DNA of 29,676 bases from Fonticula alba ATCC 38817 (lineage: Eukaryota > Protista > Nucleariida). This document shows positions 11,060-22,143 of this stretch, in pieces. The notes beneath the pieces were generated by a model. That model made no database searches. It saw nothing but the letters and a program-made list of their open reading frames with translations, and was not told the DNA's origin. Made by a program: the position numbers and the translations under genes. The number at the start of each line of letters is the position of its first letter. Positions within the stretch are counted from its first letter, which is position 1. The DNA is taken from the NCBI GenBank assembly GCA_000388065.2, contig KB932202.1. One strand, 5' to 3'.

Positions 11060-11817
11060 ACGCCTCCCAAACCACACACCCCCCCCCCCCCCCCCCTTTG
11101 CGACGGGCAATGGCCGGCTACATGTGCCAACCACGCTCTTTGACCTGAATCGTCCATGTACTCGATGTGCCTGGCAGAGTACGCTATCCACGTCCGCCCA
11201 GCCGGCCCCGTGCGCCATCCATCGCGCCCTGCTCCTTCTCACCGCCCCGCTCGTCGCGCGCTGCCTCTGTGCCCCACCTTTGCATCTGTCCTGCGGAATG
11301 CAATAGGGCCCATCCTGTGGCGGCCTGGTATTGGCACATCCCGCCAGCCAATCACCAAGGCCCGACACCGACCACCTTCGAAGAGCTCCAGGCCGAGGAC
11401 CCGGACATCGACCGGCAAACCGAATGCGGCATCTGCCAGCGGCCTTTCGAGCAGCGCTGCCCCGCCGCGCCATCCTCCCCCCAGGCTGACGCTCCGGGAG
11501 GGACATGCTCCGGCATTCCTGGCGAGGAATGTCCCCTGGGTATGCATCCCTCCCCTCCTTGGGTGATTCTCGCCTGCTCCCCGGTTGCCCTGTCTCCTTT
11601 GCCATGCCTCTTACCAACATTCACGCATGTGAACCACCCCGCCCACGATCACACAAACACTCGACCTGGCCCACATGCACACCCAGAGATCGGCCCCTGT
11701 CGGCATGCATTTCACCTGCACTGCATGCAGCGTTGGGTGGCCCGGCGGCAGACAACCTGCCCCTTCTGCCGTGCGGTGTGGCATCTCCCGGCCACACGGC
11801 CAGACGCCCCGCAATAG
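10886..11817 (+). CDS. APC11: Anaphase-promoting complex subunit 11 (RING-H2 E3 ligase subunit), about 127 aa
   Basis: Preferred model: exons 10886-10904, 11178 (1 nt), 11307-11539 and 11687-11817 (384 nt). Product MKITVLEAHPVAAWYW...ECGICQRPFEQRCP...C..[24 protein letters not shown]...CPFCRAVW. The short MK(V/I) start and PG(D/E)(D/E)CPL favour APC11 over RBX1. Confidence 0.88.
11013..11059. repeat. C47 homopolymer in APC11 intron 1
   Basis: Counted from the sequence; followed by a further C run at about 11078-11096. Length may be assembly-dependent. Confidence 0.9.
11178..11178 (+). other. Candidate single-nucleotide exon (A) of APC11
   Basis: Context ctggcag|A|gtacgc. It bridges a phase-1 donor (10905) and an acceptor (11306) that requires phase 2, giving the codon G+A+G = Glu. 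Confidence 0.65.
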
Positions 11818-11964
11818 ATGTATGTGTCCTTCCCTCTCCTCCCGGCCATCTGCTCCGTGTCCCCGACGACCACCGCGTTTGGTCCTGCCTGCCGGCATTC
11901 TTTCTGCTTCTTCTTTTTCTCTATTTTCCCCCTGCCCCCAGGAGAGGCTGGCACCGGTCGTCGG

Positions 11965-12935
11965 TCAGCGCTCGATGGCCAGCAGGCGCTCACAAACCGC
12001 CGTCACATCGGCGGCCAGTGTCTCGGGGCTGACCTCGGCCTCGATCTCGTGGATGACCGGCCGGGCGAATGTCGACCCGTCCCCATCCAGCGCACTGCCA
12101 AACTGCTGGTACATCGGCCACACATACTTGTCGAAGTAGTTGGTCGGCTCTGCGCAGGCGATGCCCGGAAAGGGGCCATTGTGGCCGGAGTTCGAACAGA
12201 CTGTCAATGTCAATTGGCGAGGGGGAAATCGAAGGACCATGAAAGGCCGGACCCTCCCCGGCCAAAGGATGGCCCCCTCGCAAGGGGGAGAGGGGAGGGG
12301 AGGGGGGGGGGCGGCGGCGGCGGAAAGAACATCCAAGGAGGCTCACACGCACCGGGGATGTAGTCCACCGGCCAGACGCGCACCAAACGCCGGCGGAGAG
12401 CCTCCTCGCGGGAAATCTTCAGGAAAAGGACATCGTCAATGAGCTCCCGTGCCTCGGGGTTGTGGAGGATCAGGAACCCCTCGACGATGATGAACGGCCG
12501 CTCGGTCGGCGCGGAGCCCGGCACAAGCTGCGCGCTTACCTGGGCGATCTGCCGGCGCAGGGTTTCCACAAAGGTGTCGAAGTCGATTTTGTCCGGATGG
12601 TCATAGTTGATGATGCCATCAGACTCGGCCTTGGCCGGGCCGGGCTGAGAGATGATCAACGTCAGGTCAGGACAGGTCCGGCCGAGCCGGATCGGGTCGG
12701 ATCGGGTGCCGGCAGCCGGATCCGCGCATGAGCAATAGGGGAAATGCCGCGAAACATGGCATGTGTCCGTCAAAAGGGCAGGGCGCACCCAATAGAAGTC
12801 ATCCAATGCCACAAGGGTTGCCTGGCCTGCGAAGCGCTTGGACAGTGCATTGCACACGGTCGATTTGCCGGCCGAGGAGATACCAGTGATCCCAAGGACG
12901 AAGGGGCGCATAGTGCCAGAGGGAGACTCCACCAT
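11965..12935 (-). CDS. NMRK: Nicotinamide riboside kinase-like P-loop kinase (NMRK/uridine kinase family), about 207 aa
   Basis: Exons 12935-12789, 12644-12353 and 12149-11965 (624 nt). It has the P-loop GITGISSAGKS, then LDDFY, NYDHP, IIVEGFL, RRRLVR and the NRK-type YFDKYVWPMY (human NRK1 has YFDGHVWPMY). An alternative start Met is at 12911. Confidence 0.85.
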
Positions 12936-12954
12936 GGTGCGAGGGGACAGGAGT

Positions 12955-13008
12955 GTGCGTGTGCGTGTGCGTGTGCGTGTGCGTGTGCGTGCGCGTGTGC
13001 GTGTGCGT
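12955..13008. repeat. (GTGCGT)9 hexamer tandem repeat, one variant unit, 20 nt upstream of the NRK-like ATG
   Basis: Read directly. Confidence 0.9.
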
Positions 13009-13623
13009 GTGTGTGAGCGGGGGAGAGGCAGGGGGAGAAATAAATCAGGCATTGCCCGACAACAGGCAGGGACATTTGGCATGGAGGGGGGAGGTCGAGA
13101 TCGCGGCGCCGGGATGCTCCGCGAAAAAGATCGGCCCCCGCTTGCGGCGCCCCGGCCACCCTCCAGACACCGCACGGGGACGGGGGAGGGGGGCCTGTGC
13201 ACTGGCGCGTGAATGGTTGATCTCGGTGGAGACCCCTGCCCCCCGGGACAACGTTTCGTCGCGGTGTTAAGCTCGACCGGAATAAAAGCGTTGGGAGCTT
13301 GTCCGTCGGACGAGCAGCGTAAGCGCGCAATCGCCCCCTCCCGTCCCCCCCCCCCCTCTCTCTCTCTCTCCCCCCACACCTCCACGCCTCCATGCCTCCA
13401 CGCGACCACACTGCCACCACGCCCGATGGCACCGAGCCTGGCTACTCCCTCCTGTTTGCCCTTTCACGCGCGTGCGCGTGCGCATGTGTATGTGTGCATA
13501 CGCATGTGCGATCCTGCTCGCCTGTATTGCGCACCCGGGCGATGATGGGCACCAAGGGAAAGGGATCCTTCGGGGAGTGGCCCGCGGCCGCCTTCGGCCC
13601 ACGCCCACACCCAACGGCACCTA

Positions 13624-16600
13624 TCAGTGCACCGGGTTGGACAAAGAGCGCGGCCGGGTGCCCGGGTCGGACCCGGGCTCTCGGGCCGGGGTATGCATCC
13701 CGGAAGCGGGCGACTCGCGAACCGAGAATCGGCGCCGGCTTTGAAGATGCGTGAGGTGCTGCAGCGGCTGGTAGCCGCCGATGGCGGAACCGGCGGCACG
13801 GCCACCCCCCAACCCCACAGGTGTGGGGCCAGCCGGCGACGCCGCATGCCCATCCAAGTGGTGGATGGTACGCGTGCGATGGTGAGGAACGTGCTGCTGC
13901 TGCTGCTGAGGCGGCCACTCCCGACAGGAGGAGGGGCCCCGGCGGCAACGATCCGAGCAACCACCTCGCCAGGACGAAGCGGCCGTCCGTAACTCCCACC
14001 GGGCCGGCGCCCCACTCGGGGCCAGGGGCAGCAGGCTGCTCGGCGTGCCGGGGCCCTCCTCAGAGGGGGATTCCTCCGCGGCCAGCGGCAGGACCGCCTG
14101 CAGATTGGGCAAACTCCGCGACGTGCACAGACTTCCGGCGCTCAGCTCGCCCAGATGTGAAAGATCCGCCGCGGCGGTCGACCCATGGGTCAAGACATGC
14201 TCGATGGCCCCGATGCGCGCATCCAGGCAGGCCACCCAGCCAAAGCAGCCGAACACCTCGGCAAAGGGACCAAGCTCGGCCGAGGTCCCGGTTGCCGAGG
14301 ACACCGAAAAGGCGATGCTTCGCTGGCTGCGGTAGGATGACGACTGCGGCATGTCCGGGCTGTTGACCGGCGAGGAGGGATCGAGGAAGAGCCGTGAAAT
14401 CAGCGACCGCGACCCGGCCGGCGGCGGACGCGCCACGCTGGACCCGGCCGTGACACTGCCAGACATGCTGCCCACCTGGACCGTGAGCGCCGGCCGGCGC
14501 GCGGTCGCCGACATCGACCCATTCAAGGACCCCAGCCCGCTGCTACGGGCCAACGAGCAAGCCGGCATATCCTGGTGCAGTCCGGCCGACGAGCCGAGCG
14601 GCGCATCAAGCGACGCACCACCGGCAACCGGGCCCCCGGTGGCCGACCAATCGGCCAACTGCTCCGGATCGATGCACATCAGGATGTAGCAGGTCCGCAG
14701 GGTCGAAGCCATCTTGGACACGCAGGCCTTGATGTCGGTCAAGCGCCCGCGCAGGGCCGTGATAGATGCCTGTGGCAGGTAGTTACGGCCGATACTGAAG
14801 CACAGGGAGGCAATTTCGTCCAGAGCCTGCGCCAGTGCGAGAAAGCCACCCGGGCGGCCAGGGAAAAGGGCATGCGAAGGCGCACGGCCGCCAGGTGAGT
14901 GAAACTGCCAACAGGCGAGCANNNNNNNNNNCCAGCCAGCCAGCCAGCCAGCCAGCCCCAGCCAGCCCCAGCCAGCACGCACCCGCTCGTAGCGGAGGAA
15001 AATCTCCTCAAACTGCTCGACGGAGAATTGCCCACTCAGACAGGCCACAATCAGGTCCACGCGCTCGACAAGAACCCCCAACCGAAGGAGGAAGGAATCC
15101 AGCACCGGGGCCCGGGCCATGTGCAGCTCGTGGAAGAGGTGTGTGGCTCGGGCCCGGGCCAGGCGCAGGCGACACAGGGAGGACTCGGTGCGCGAGGGCT
15201 TGCCAAAGCCGAACAATCTCCCAGGGCTCATGGTCAGGGAGGAGGGGACAAAGGACCCGCTCAGCGGTGAGTCCAGGCCCACGGGCAGCGTGCCACCGGC
15301 CGACCCGCCGATCCCCAGGCCCGAGGAATGGCCACCCGGGGTGCCGATGTCCATGGCAGCGGGCGACGAGCCGACGGTCGACAACCGGTGGAAGATGGAG
15401 GATTCGGTTGACCCGCCACCGCCAGTGCCGGTCAGCGACCCGGCGCCACCTCCGGGAGTCGGAAGCCCGGAGGAGAGGGACATGCGCCCGGGCCCGGCGG
15501 CGGGTGCCAACATCCCGGAAGACAGAGAACCGGAAAGGGCCGACGAGCTACTCGTGCGCAGGAGGCCCACCCCGCCGGAAGCACTTGCCCGGGGAAGGGA
15601 CGCCCCCACCGGAGTGTCAGTGCCCATGGTGGACAGTTGCGGCGAGGCTGGCGGCGGCATGATCCACGGTGCGGCCGGGTGAGTCAACTGCAGGAGGAAG
15701 CGCTGGAGCAGCAGCGCCTCCAGTAGGGAGATCTGGTTGTTGTGATCCATGGTGGCGGTTGACCCCTCAGACGAGGTTGGCCATCGGAGGAAGCCCAACG
15801 CCCGAAGGGATACCGGCTGCAGGCTGGCGAGGAAGCGCTCGCGGCTGGTCATACGCGCGGGGGCCCGAAGGCCCAGGGCGTCGGTCGGCCCGACGGCCGC
15901 CGGTGAGCCGGGCCCCGATCCCAGCGGGAGATTGCCCACGGCGCTGGGAGCAGCGCCGGCACTGGGGGCGGCTGTGACGGCGGCTGCGGCGGCGGCGGCT
16001 GCAGCCGCCGCGGCCAGACCCCGCGACAGGGCACTTGTCGGGGCTGCAGGCGCGGCCGTCAGTCCACCAGCCAAAGGTGTGGCGGCGGCGGCCGCCGCCG
16101 CCGCCGGGGCATTGGCGAGCGCCTGGTCCGGGACGGTGGTCGACTGGGCCAGCCCGGTGGACCCGCGCCCCAGGCCGGTTGCCGCCGCCTGGGCCACATC
16201 CACCGCGCGCCCGGTGATGTCTTCCACCACACGCCGGTACACCAGCGGGATGTCCGCCAGCGGTGAACGCATGGCGCGGAGCTCGGTCGCGGTCACACCC
16301 CGGGCGAAAGGCGTGTCGACGAAGCCGGGCCGACGGCCGGGCTCACGCGAGTCCACCCCGCCCCCGGGAGGGGGCTCCTCGGTGGACAGGCGCAATCCCG
16401 CATTCCGGGCCATCGGCGAGGTGGGGTCCTCGTCGGAAAATTGCGGGTCCATGTCATCCCCGGTGACGGACAGGCGGAAGAGCTGCATCGAGGAGGAGGA
16501 GCCTCGATGCAGCTCCGACCGGGGTCGATCATGATCATCGCCCGTGGGGCCGGCCTCGGCCGACGTCGAGGCAATATGGTCCAGCATGAAGCTGCTCTCG

Positions 16601-19467
16601 TGGAAGTATTCCGACGAGAGGAGCGGCAGCCCGGCCGGGCAAAGGGACCATGGGATCCGGGCGAGGCGGCCGGCTCGCTGGCCCGGGGGGATGCGCTCCA
16701 ACAGGGCCACAAACCACTGACGCACTTCGCGCTCGAGGGCCGTGGTTTCGGCGTCCACACCTGCCGGGTTGTCCTCCGGTAGGATGCCAGAAATCTGGGT
16801 GACCAAGATGGGGAGAGAGAGAGAGAGAGGGGGGGGGGGAGGGGGGTGTATGAAAGAAGTGAGCAAATTCGCGAAAGGTAGAGTCCAATCCCGGGCGGGG
16901 GAGGGAGGGAGGGAGGAAGAGGGAGGGAGAGGGAATGGGGGAAACTGGAGTGGAGGAGCGAAACGTACACGCTCCGGGTCTTTGCCAGCCAAAAGGGCCA
17001 GTACAAAGGGCGAGGTGGCCCAGTTCAGAACTCGCAGGACCTCCTTGTGGATGTCGTTCAGGAAAAAGCGAAGACCATCTGGAAGGTCGAGGAGAGGTCA
17101 GAGAGGGAGGATGGCGAGGGGGGGCGAGGGAGAAATGCGACTTGCACTGCGCACCGCTGATCTCATCAACCATGTGGGCGATGACGCTGAGGATGTGGTT
17201 GTGGTCTGACAGCTGGAAGGTTTTTTGCTTGAAATCCGGGCTCTGGCATTCCATGATTTCCTTTTGCAGGAGGAAGTCCCGCGCCTCCAAACACAGGGAA
17301 TGCATCTGGTCGAAGTAGCCAATCAACGAGGACACATGCTCAATGATGGACGCCAAGTAGACCTCCTGCTTGGTCGGGTCGTCCTGGTAAAGGGCATGCG
17401 AATGGAAGAGGGACTTGCGCACGGAAAGCACGGTCGGGACGCTGACGGAGCTCGGGCAAATCGGCATCACGAAGCTCGCCTGGTTCATGGCCTCTATGTG
17501 TGCAAAGGGGTTTCGGTTGGGCATGTTGCGTCAGTTGCGGCGTAGACTCGAGCGGGGGCAAAAAGAAAAGAGCCGGAAGAGGCGGAGAAAGGGGAAAAGA
17601 GCGTGGCGGGCGCGGGCAGAACGTACCGATTCTGGCTAGCCGTGCCGCACGACTGCGATGCTTCTCCAGGCAGCTGACACACACGGCCGAGAGGGTGGGA
17701 TGGGCGATGCGCGGATCGGGCACGGCCTCGGCATTCAGCGGGACCATGGTGGGGCTCATGTGCCCGGTGCAAACAACCAGCCCGCATCTGCGACAATGAT
17801 GACGACGCTCGAACCAGCCAAATGTGCTAGAACGTCGAGAGAGAGAGAGAGAGAGAGAGAGAGAGNNNNNNNNNNNNNNNNNNNNNNNNNNNNNNNNNNN
17901 NNNNNNNNNNNNNNNNNNNNNNNNNNNNNNNNNNNNNNNNNNNNNNNNNNNNNNNNNNNNNNNNNNNNNNNNNNNNNNNNNNNNNNNNNNNNNNNNNNNN
18001 NNNNNNNNNNNNNNNNNNNNNNNNNNNNNNNNNNNNNNNNNNNNNNNNNNNNNNNNNNNNNNNNNNNNNNNNNNNNNNNNNNNNNNNNNNNNNNNNNNNN
18101 NNNNNNNNNNNNNNNNNNNNNNNNNNNNNNNNNNNNNNNNNNNNNNNNNNNNNNNNNNNNNNNNNNNNNNNNNNNNNNNNNNNNNNNNNNNNNNNNNNNN
18201 NNNNNNNNNNNNNNNNNNNNNNNNNNNNNNNNNNNNNNNNNNNNNNNNNNNNNNNNNNNNNNNNNGAGAGAGAGAGAGAGAGAGGCATCAGGAGGAGAAG
18301 ACAGGTCAGTCAAGGGAACCCGAGTCGCAGGGTCGCAGACTCAGCCAACATCAAGGGGAGGCCCACGCCCCCACCTACCCTGTACTCGGAGCCAGAGCGG
18401 AGGAGAAACAAAGGAGAAGGGAGAGGGAGAAGGAGAGAAAGCAAGACAGTGAAGGGGGGGGGGGAGACATACACCTGGCAAAGAGGCGCCATGCAGCGGT
18501 CGGAAAGCTCGTCCGGAGGCCAGTGCGCGCGTGTCGGTCCCGCTGACACCTCAACCAAGGCGGTCGACTCGTAGGCTGGCTTGTAGCCGACATTGGTCGG
18601 GCGACCGGTCAGCGGGAGAACCACAGCACGCTCGGCTCGCTGCAGGACCGACTGTGTGATGGAGGCTGTCAGCTCCTGGAGGATGATGTCGGTCGATGGG
18701 GACCCCACCCGTGAGGAGCCCCCACTGCTGGGGAAGATCATGGCCCCGGGGAAGTATTCCATGTGAATCAGGTCATCCTCGTCATCATGCTCCTCGCCGA
18801 AGGAAGCCCCCTCGCCGGGCCGCAGGGCCCCGGCAGGAGCATCCGGCCCGAGAGGCGACTCGAAGGAAGTCCCCGCGTGCGTTGGAGAGGCGCCATCGAG
18901 CGCGCCACCGGCATCGTCAGGGGGTCTGGCCACCGAGCTGGTGGTCGAGTGATCGCGGCTGCTGGACGATCGAGGAGTGGTGCTCTGGCCGGCCAGGGGC
19001 AAGCCATCTTGGCGCATTTGGTCTGGCGCAAGAGGTTGGCCGCCAGCACTGACGCCGCGGCCGATGGAAAAGAAGTCCTCCTCATCACTGTGAAAGGGAC
19101 TCGCGTCAGGGGGCCCATACTCGTCCGGGTGCGTCGGCGTTTCGGGCACATGGCGACTGAGGACCGGGAATTGCATGTCGGAACCGGGGCTACCGCGCAT
19201 GGCGGCCGCGGTGGCCGCATCTGCCGCGCGGATGGCCGCCCGCGCCAGCATATTCAAGTACTGGGGGCTTGCCTCGGCACTGGGAGAAGCCAGACGCCGG
19301 TCGGCAGCGAGGTCGACCAGGAGTTCGGTGGCCAGCTCCGCGACTTGAGACTCGGCCTGGGCCTGGGACCCGGGCTCGCCCGGGGGGGAGGCTGGCCTGG
19401 CCGGCGGCGGGTTCAGCATCCCGACAGCCGGGTCGCCCGGCGGACAAGGCCCCTGTGAGCTGGCCAT
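13624..19467 (-). CDS. Large FYVE zinc-finger protein (about 1552 aa) with helical blocks separated by Ser/Pro/Ala/Gly-rich regions
   Basis: Exons 19467-18473, 17826-17627, 17493-17155, 17078-16969, 16794-14983 and 14826-13624 (4659 nt, frame-consistent). The spliced FYVE reads [39 protein letters not shown]...AVCVSC. Introns 1 and 5 contain N gaps, so hidden exons cannot be excluded. Confidence 0.85.
14922..14931. other. Assembly gap (N run) inside FYVE-gene intron 5, next to a (CAGC)n repeat
   Basis: Short N tract adjacent to ccagccagcc repeats at about 14932-14975. Confidence 1.
17866..18264. other. Assembly gap (N run) flanked by (GA)n, inside FYVE-gene intron 1
   Basis: N tract with GA repeats on both sides. 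Confidence 1.
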
Positions 19468-20432
19468 CAATTCGACGGAGGAGCAGAAGGACAGCGAGTG
19501 GCAGTAGCCCCGGGTGTGTGCGTGCGCACGAGAGAGGGAGAGAGGGAGAGGGAGAAAAGGACGGGGGGAGAGACCGGGGAGAAAAACCGGACAGGAGACG
19601 AGTGGCAAGGGGAGGGAGAGGGGAGAGGCGGAGGGGTGGCGAGAGGCAAGGAGGCAGACAGAGGGAGGGAAGGACAAAACCGACTGGGCGGAGGGAGGAG
19701 AGGGAGAGGGGTGTGCCTGGACAAGGTCTTCGTTCAACGGGGGCCCGGCCGGGGGCGCTTGAAAGGTCCCACCTGGTGAGGGCGCGGGAGTGCATCCCGA
19801 TGGCAAGGGCCAAGGGGCGAGAAGGGGAGGGAGGGCCAGAGAGAGAGAGAGGGAGAGAGAAAGAAAGAAAGAGACAAATGGAGAGCCCGAAGCCCCAAGT
19901 GACTATGCCCCAAAATTGCGCCGGGCGAATCGCCGCGACCGTGAAGCCCGAACGGAAGTGAACGGGATGGAGGGGGGGGGGGAGAACATTGAAGGGGAGG
20001 CTGGCTGCTCGCAAGCCAGCCCGCCGGACCACCCAGGGGGTGATATCGCGCGCGCGCGCGCTCCCGAAACAGGATCGTCCCGCTTGTGTGACCTCTCTGG
20101 GAGGGAGAGATCTAAAAAGTAAATAAAACTCACTCGTCACCCCGCGTCCAGGCCCGGGGAAGTCGGCCGTACTGCCTTTGGTGGGTACACCGGCCCCCCT
20201 TTTTCTCGCCCGCCCGACCGCGACCCGGCGCCCTCCCCCGAACCCGAGGGGCGGGCCACGCACTGGGCTCCCACCGGAGCCCCCACTCTGGAGGATTCAA
20301 ATGGTATGCTGGAATGTGCTCCAGAAGCAGATTCCCCATGTTGGACTGTGATATCCCGAGTGCTGGAGGATCCGACATCATAGAGTGGTGCTCCCTGGTG
20401 TGTGCTCCCTGTGCCTTGGGGGGGGGGGGGGG

Positions 20433-21110
20433 NNNNNNNNNNNNNNNNNNNNNNNNNNNNNNNNNNNNNNNNNNNNNNNNNNNNNNNNNNNNNNNNNNNN
20501 NNNNNNNNNNNNNNNNNNNNNNNNNNNNNNNNNNNNNNNNNNNNNNNNNNNNNNNNNNNNNNNNNNNNNNNNNNNNNNNNNNNNNNNNNNNNNNNNNNNN
20601 NNNNNNNNNNNNNNNNNNNNNNNNNNNNNNNNNNNNNNNNNNNNNNNNNNNNNNNNNNNNNNNNNNNNNNNNNNNNNNNNNNNNNNNNNNNNNNNNNNNN
20701 NNNNNNNNNNNNNNNNNNNNNNNNNNNNNNNNNNNNNNNNNNNNNNNNNNNNNNNNNNNNNNNNNNNNNNNNNNNNNNNNNNNNNNNNNNNNNNNNNNNN
20801 NNNNNNNNNNNNNNNNNNNNNNNNNNNNNNNNNNNNNNNNNNNNNNNNNNNNNNNNNNNNNNNNNNNNNNNNNNNNNNNNNNNNNNNNNNNNNNNNNNNN
20901 NNNNNNNNNNNNNNNNNNNNNNNNNNNNNNNNNNNNNNNNNNNNNNNNNNNNNNNNNNNNNNNNNNNNNNNNNNNNNNNNNNNNNNNNNNNNNNNNNNNN
21001 NNNNNNNNNNNNNNNNNNNNNNNNNNNNNNNNNNNNNNNNNNNNNNNNNNNNNNNNNNNNNNNNNNNNNNNNNNNNNNNNNNNNNNNNNNNNNNNNNNNN
21101 NNNNNNNNNN
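20433..21110. other. Assembly gap (N run)
   Basis: N tract following a G run. Confidence 1.
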
Positions 21111-21894
21111 TTGGCGTGCGGACTCGGGGGGGGGGGGGGGGTAAGTAGCCGCGCCCGACCACGCCCGAGATCTGCTTTTCGGCGCTCGGCGCATTTTTTT
21201 TCCAGCAGAACATCGGTTGGGACCTCCTCTCCCGGGAGCATACGATCCGGCTTGGGGGGGGGGGGGGGGATGCCGTGCGGCCACAGCGGGGGCTCCTCCG
21301 ACGCCGGGCTGGCACCCCTGGACGCGCGTTTCGCGCGCGCCACGCCGTTGCACCCGCGTGTGGAGGGCGAGGGCGATGCCCCACCCGTCCCCGGCCCATC
21401 CGGGCCAGATAAGAGGCTCCGCGGGACTCCCGGCGGACACGACACGCTTGGCGGGCTCGGCGACACTGCGGCCTGGGCGCCATGCTACGCGGCCCACTGT
21501 CGGGTCGTCCCCCCCCGGTGTGCTCCCCCTGCCCCCCCCCCCCCCCCTGTGAGTGGCAGCCAACCCAAACAAGCCTCAGCGCTCCGTCCTTCGGCCTGCG
21601 GCTGTCTCCCTTTTTTGCTCCCTGTCTCTCGCCGTCTTTCTCGCCCTTGGCCAGGGCGGCCATAGGGCCGGGGCCAAGAGCGGGGGGCTGAACGGGGGAC
21701 AGTGACAAGCGCGACTTTATCGCAACCGCCAGTAACAGCTCGGGAGATTGGCAAGGGGCGAAGGTTGCCCCGCACTCACACACATACACACGAAGAAGGG
21801 GACGGCCGGACGTGAGTGCGAGACTGCATGCCACGCCCCTGGGGCGCCCTGGGGAGGTGTTTGTGTGCGCGTGTGTGTGTGTGTGTGTGTGTGT

Positions 21895-22143
21895 NNNNNN
21901 NNNNNNNNNNNNNNNNNNNNNNNNNNNNNNNNNNNNNNNNNNNNNNNNNNNNNNNNNNNNNNNNNNNNNNNNNNNNNNNNNNNNNNNNNNNNNNNNNNNN
22001 NNNNNNNNNNNNNNNNNNNNNNNNNNNNNNNNNNNNNNNNNNNNNNNNNNNNNNNNNNNNNNNNNNNNNNNNNNNNNNNNNNNNNNNNNNNNNNNNNNNN
22101 NNNNNNNNNNNNNNNNNNNNNNNNNNNNNNNNNNNNNNNNNNN
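21895..22143. other. Assembly gap (N run)
   Basis: N tract following (GT)n. Confidence 1.

Noticed and set aside
10905-11306. Single-intron APC11 model with donor GTTCTC at 10909
   Set aside because: It is frame-compatible, but the donor departs from the GTRYGY pattern of the other sites and adds a residue relative to the conserved 16-aa N-terminus. It is kept only as the main alternative to the microexon model.
12528-12539. Possible 12-nt mini-intron GTAAGCGCGCAG in NRK-like exon 2
   Set aside because: Far too short for spliceosomal splicing, with no branch point, and the frame is open without it.
18379-18379. Second apparent 1-nt exon pattern (tacag|G|gtaggt, - strand) in FYVE-gene intron 1
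   Set aside because: The flanking exons already join in frame via the GTATGT donor at 18472 (CAG GT|C ACA = Gln-Val-Thr). Adding one G would frameshift the FYVE domain.
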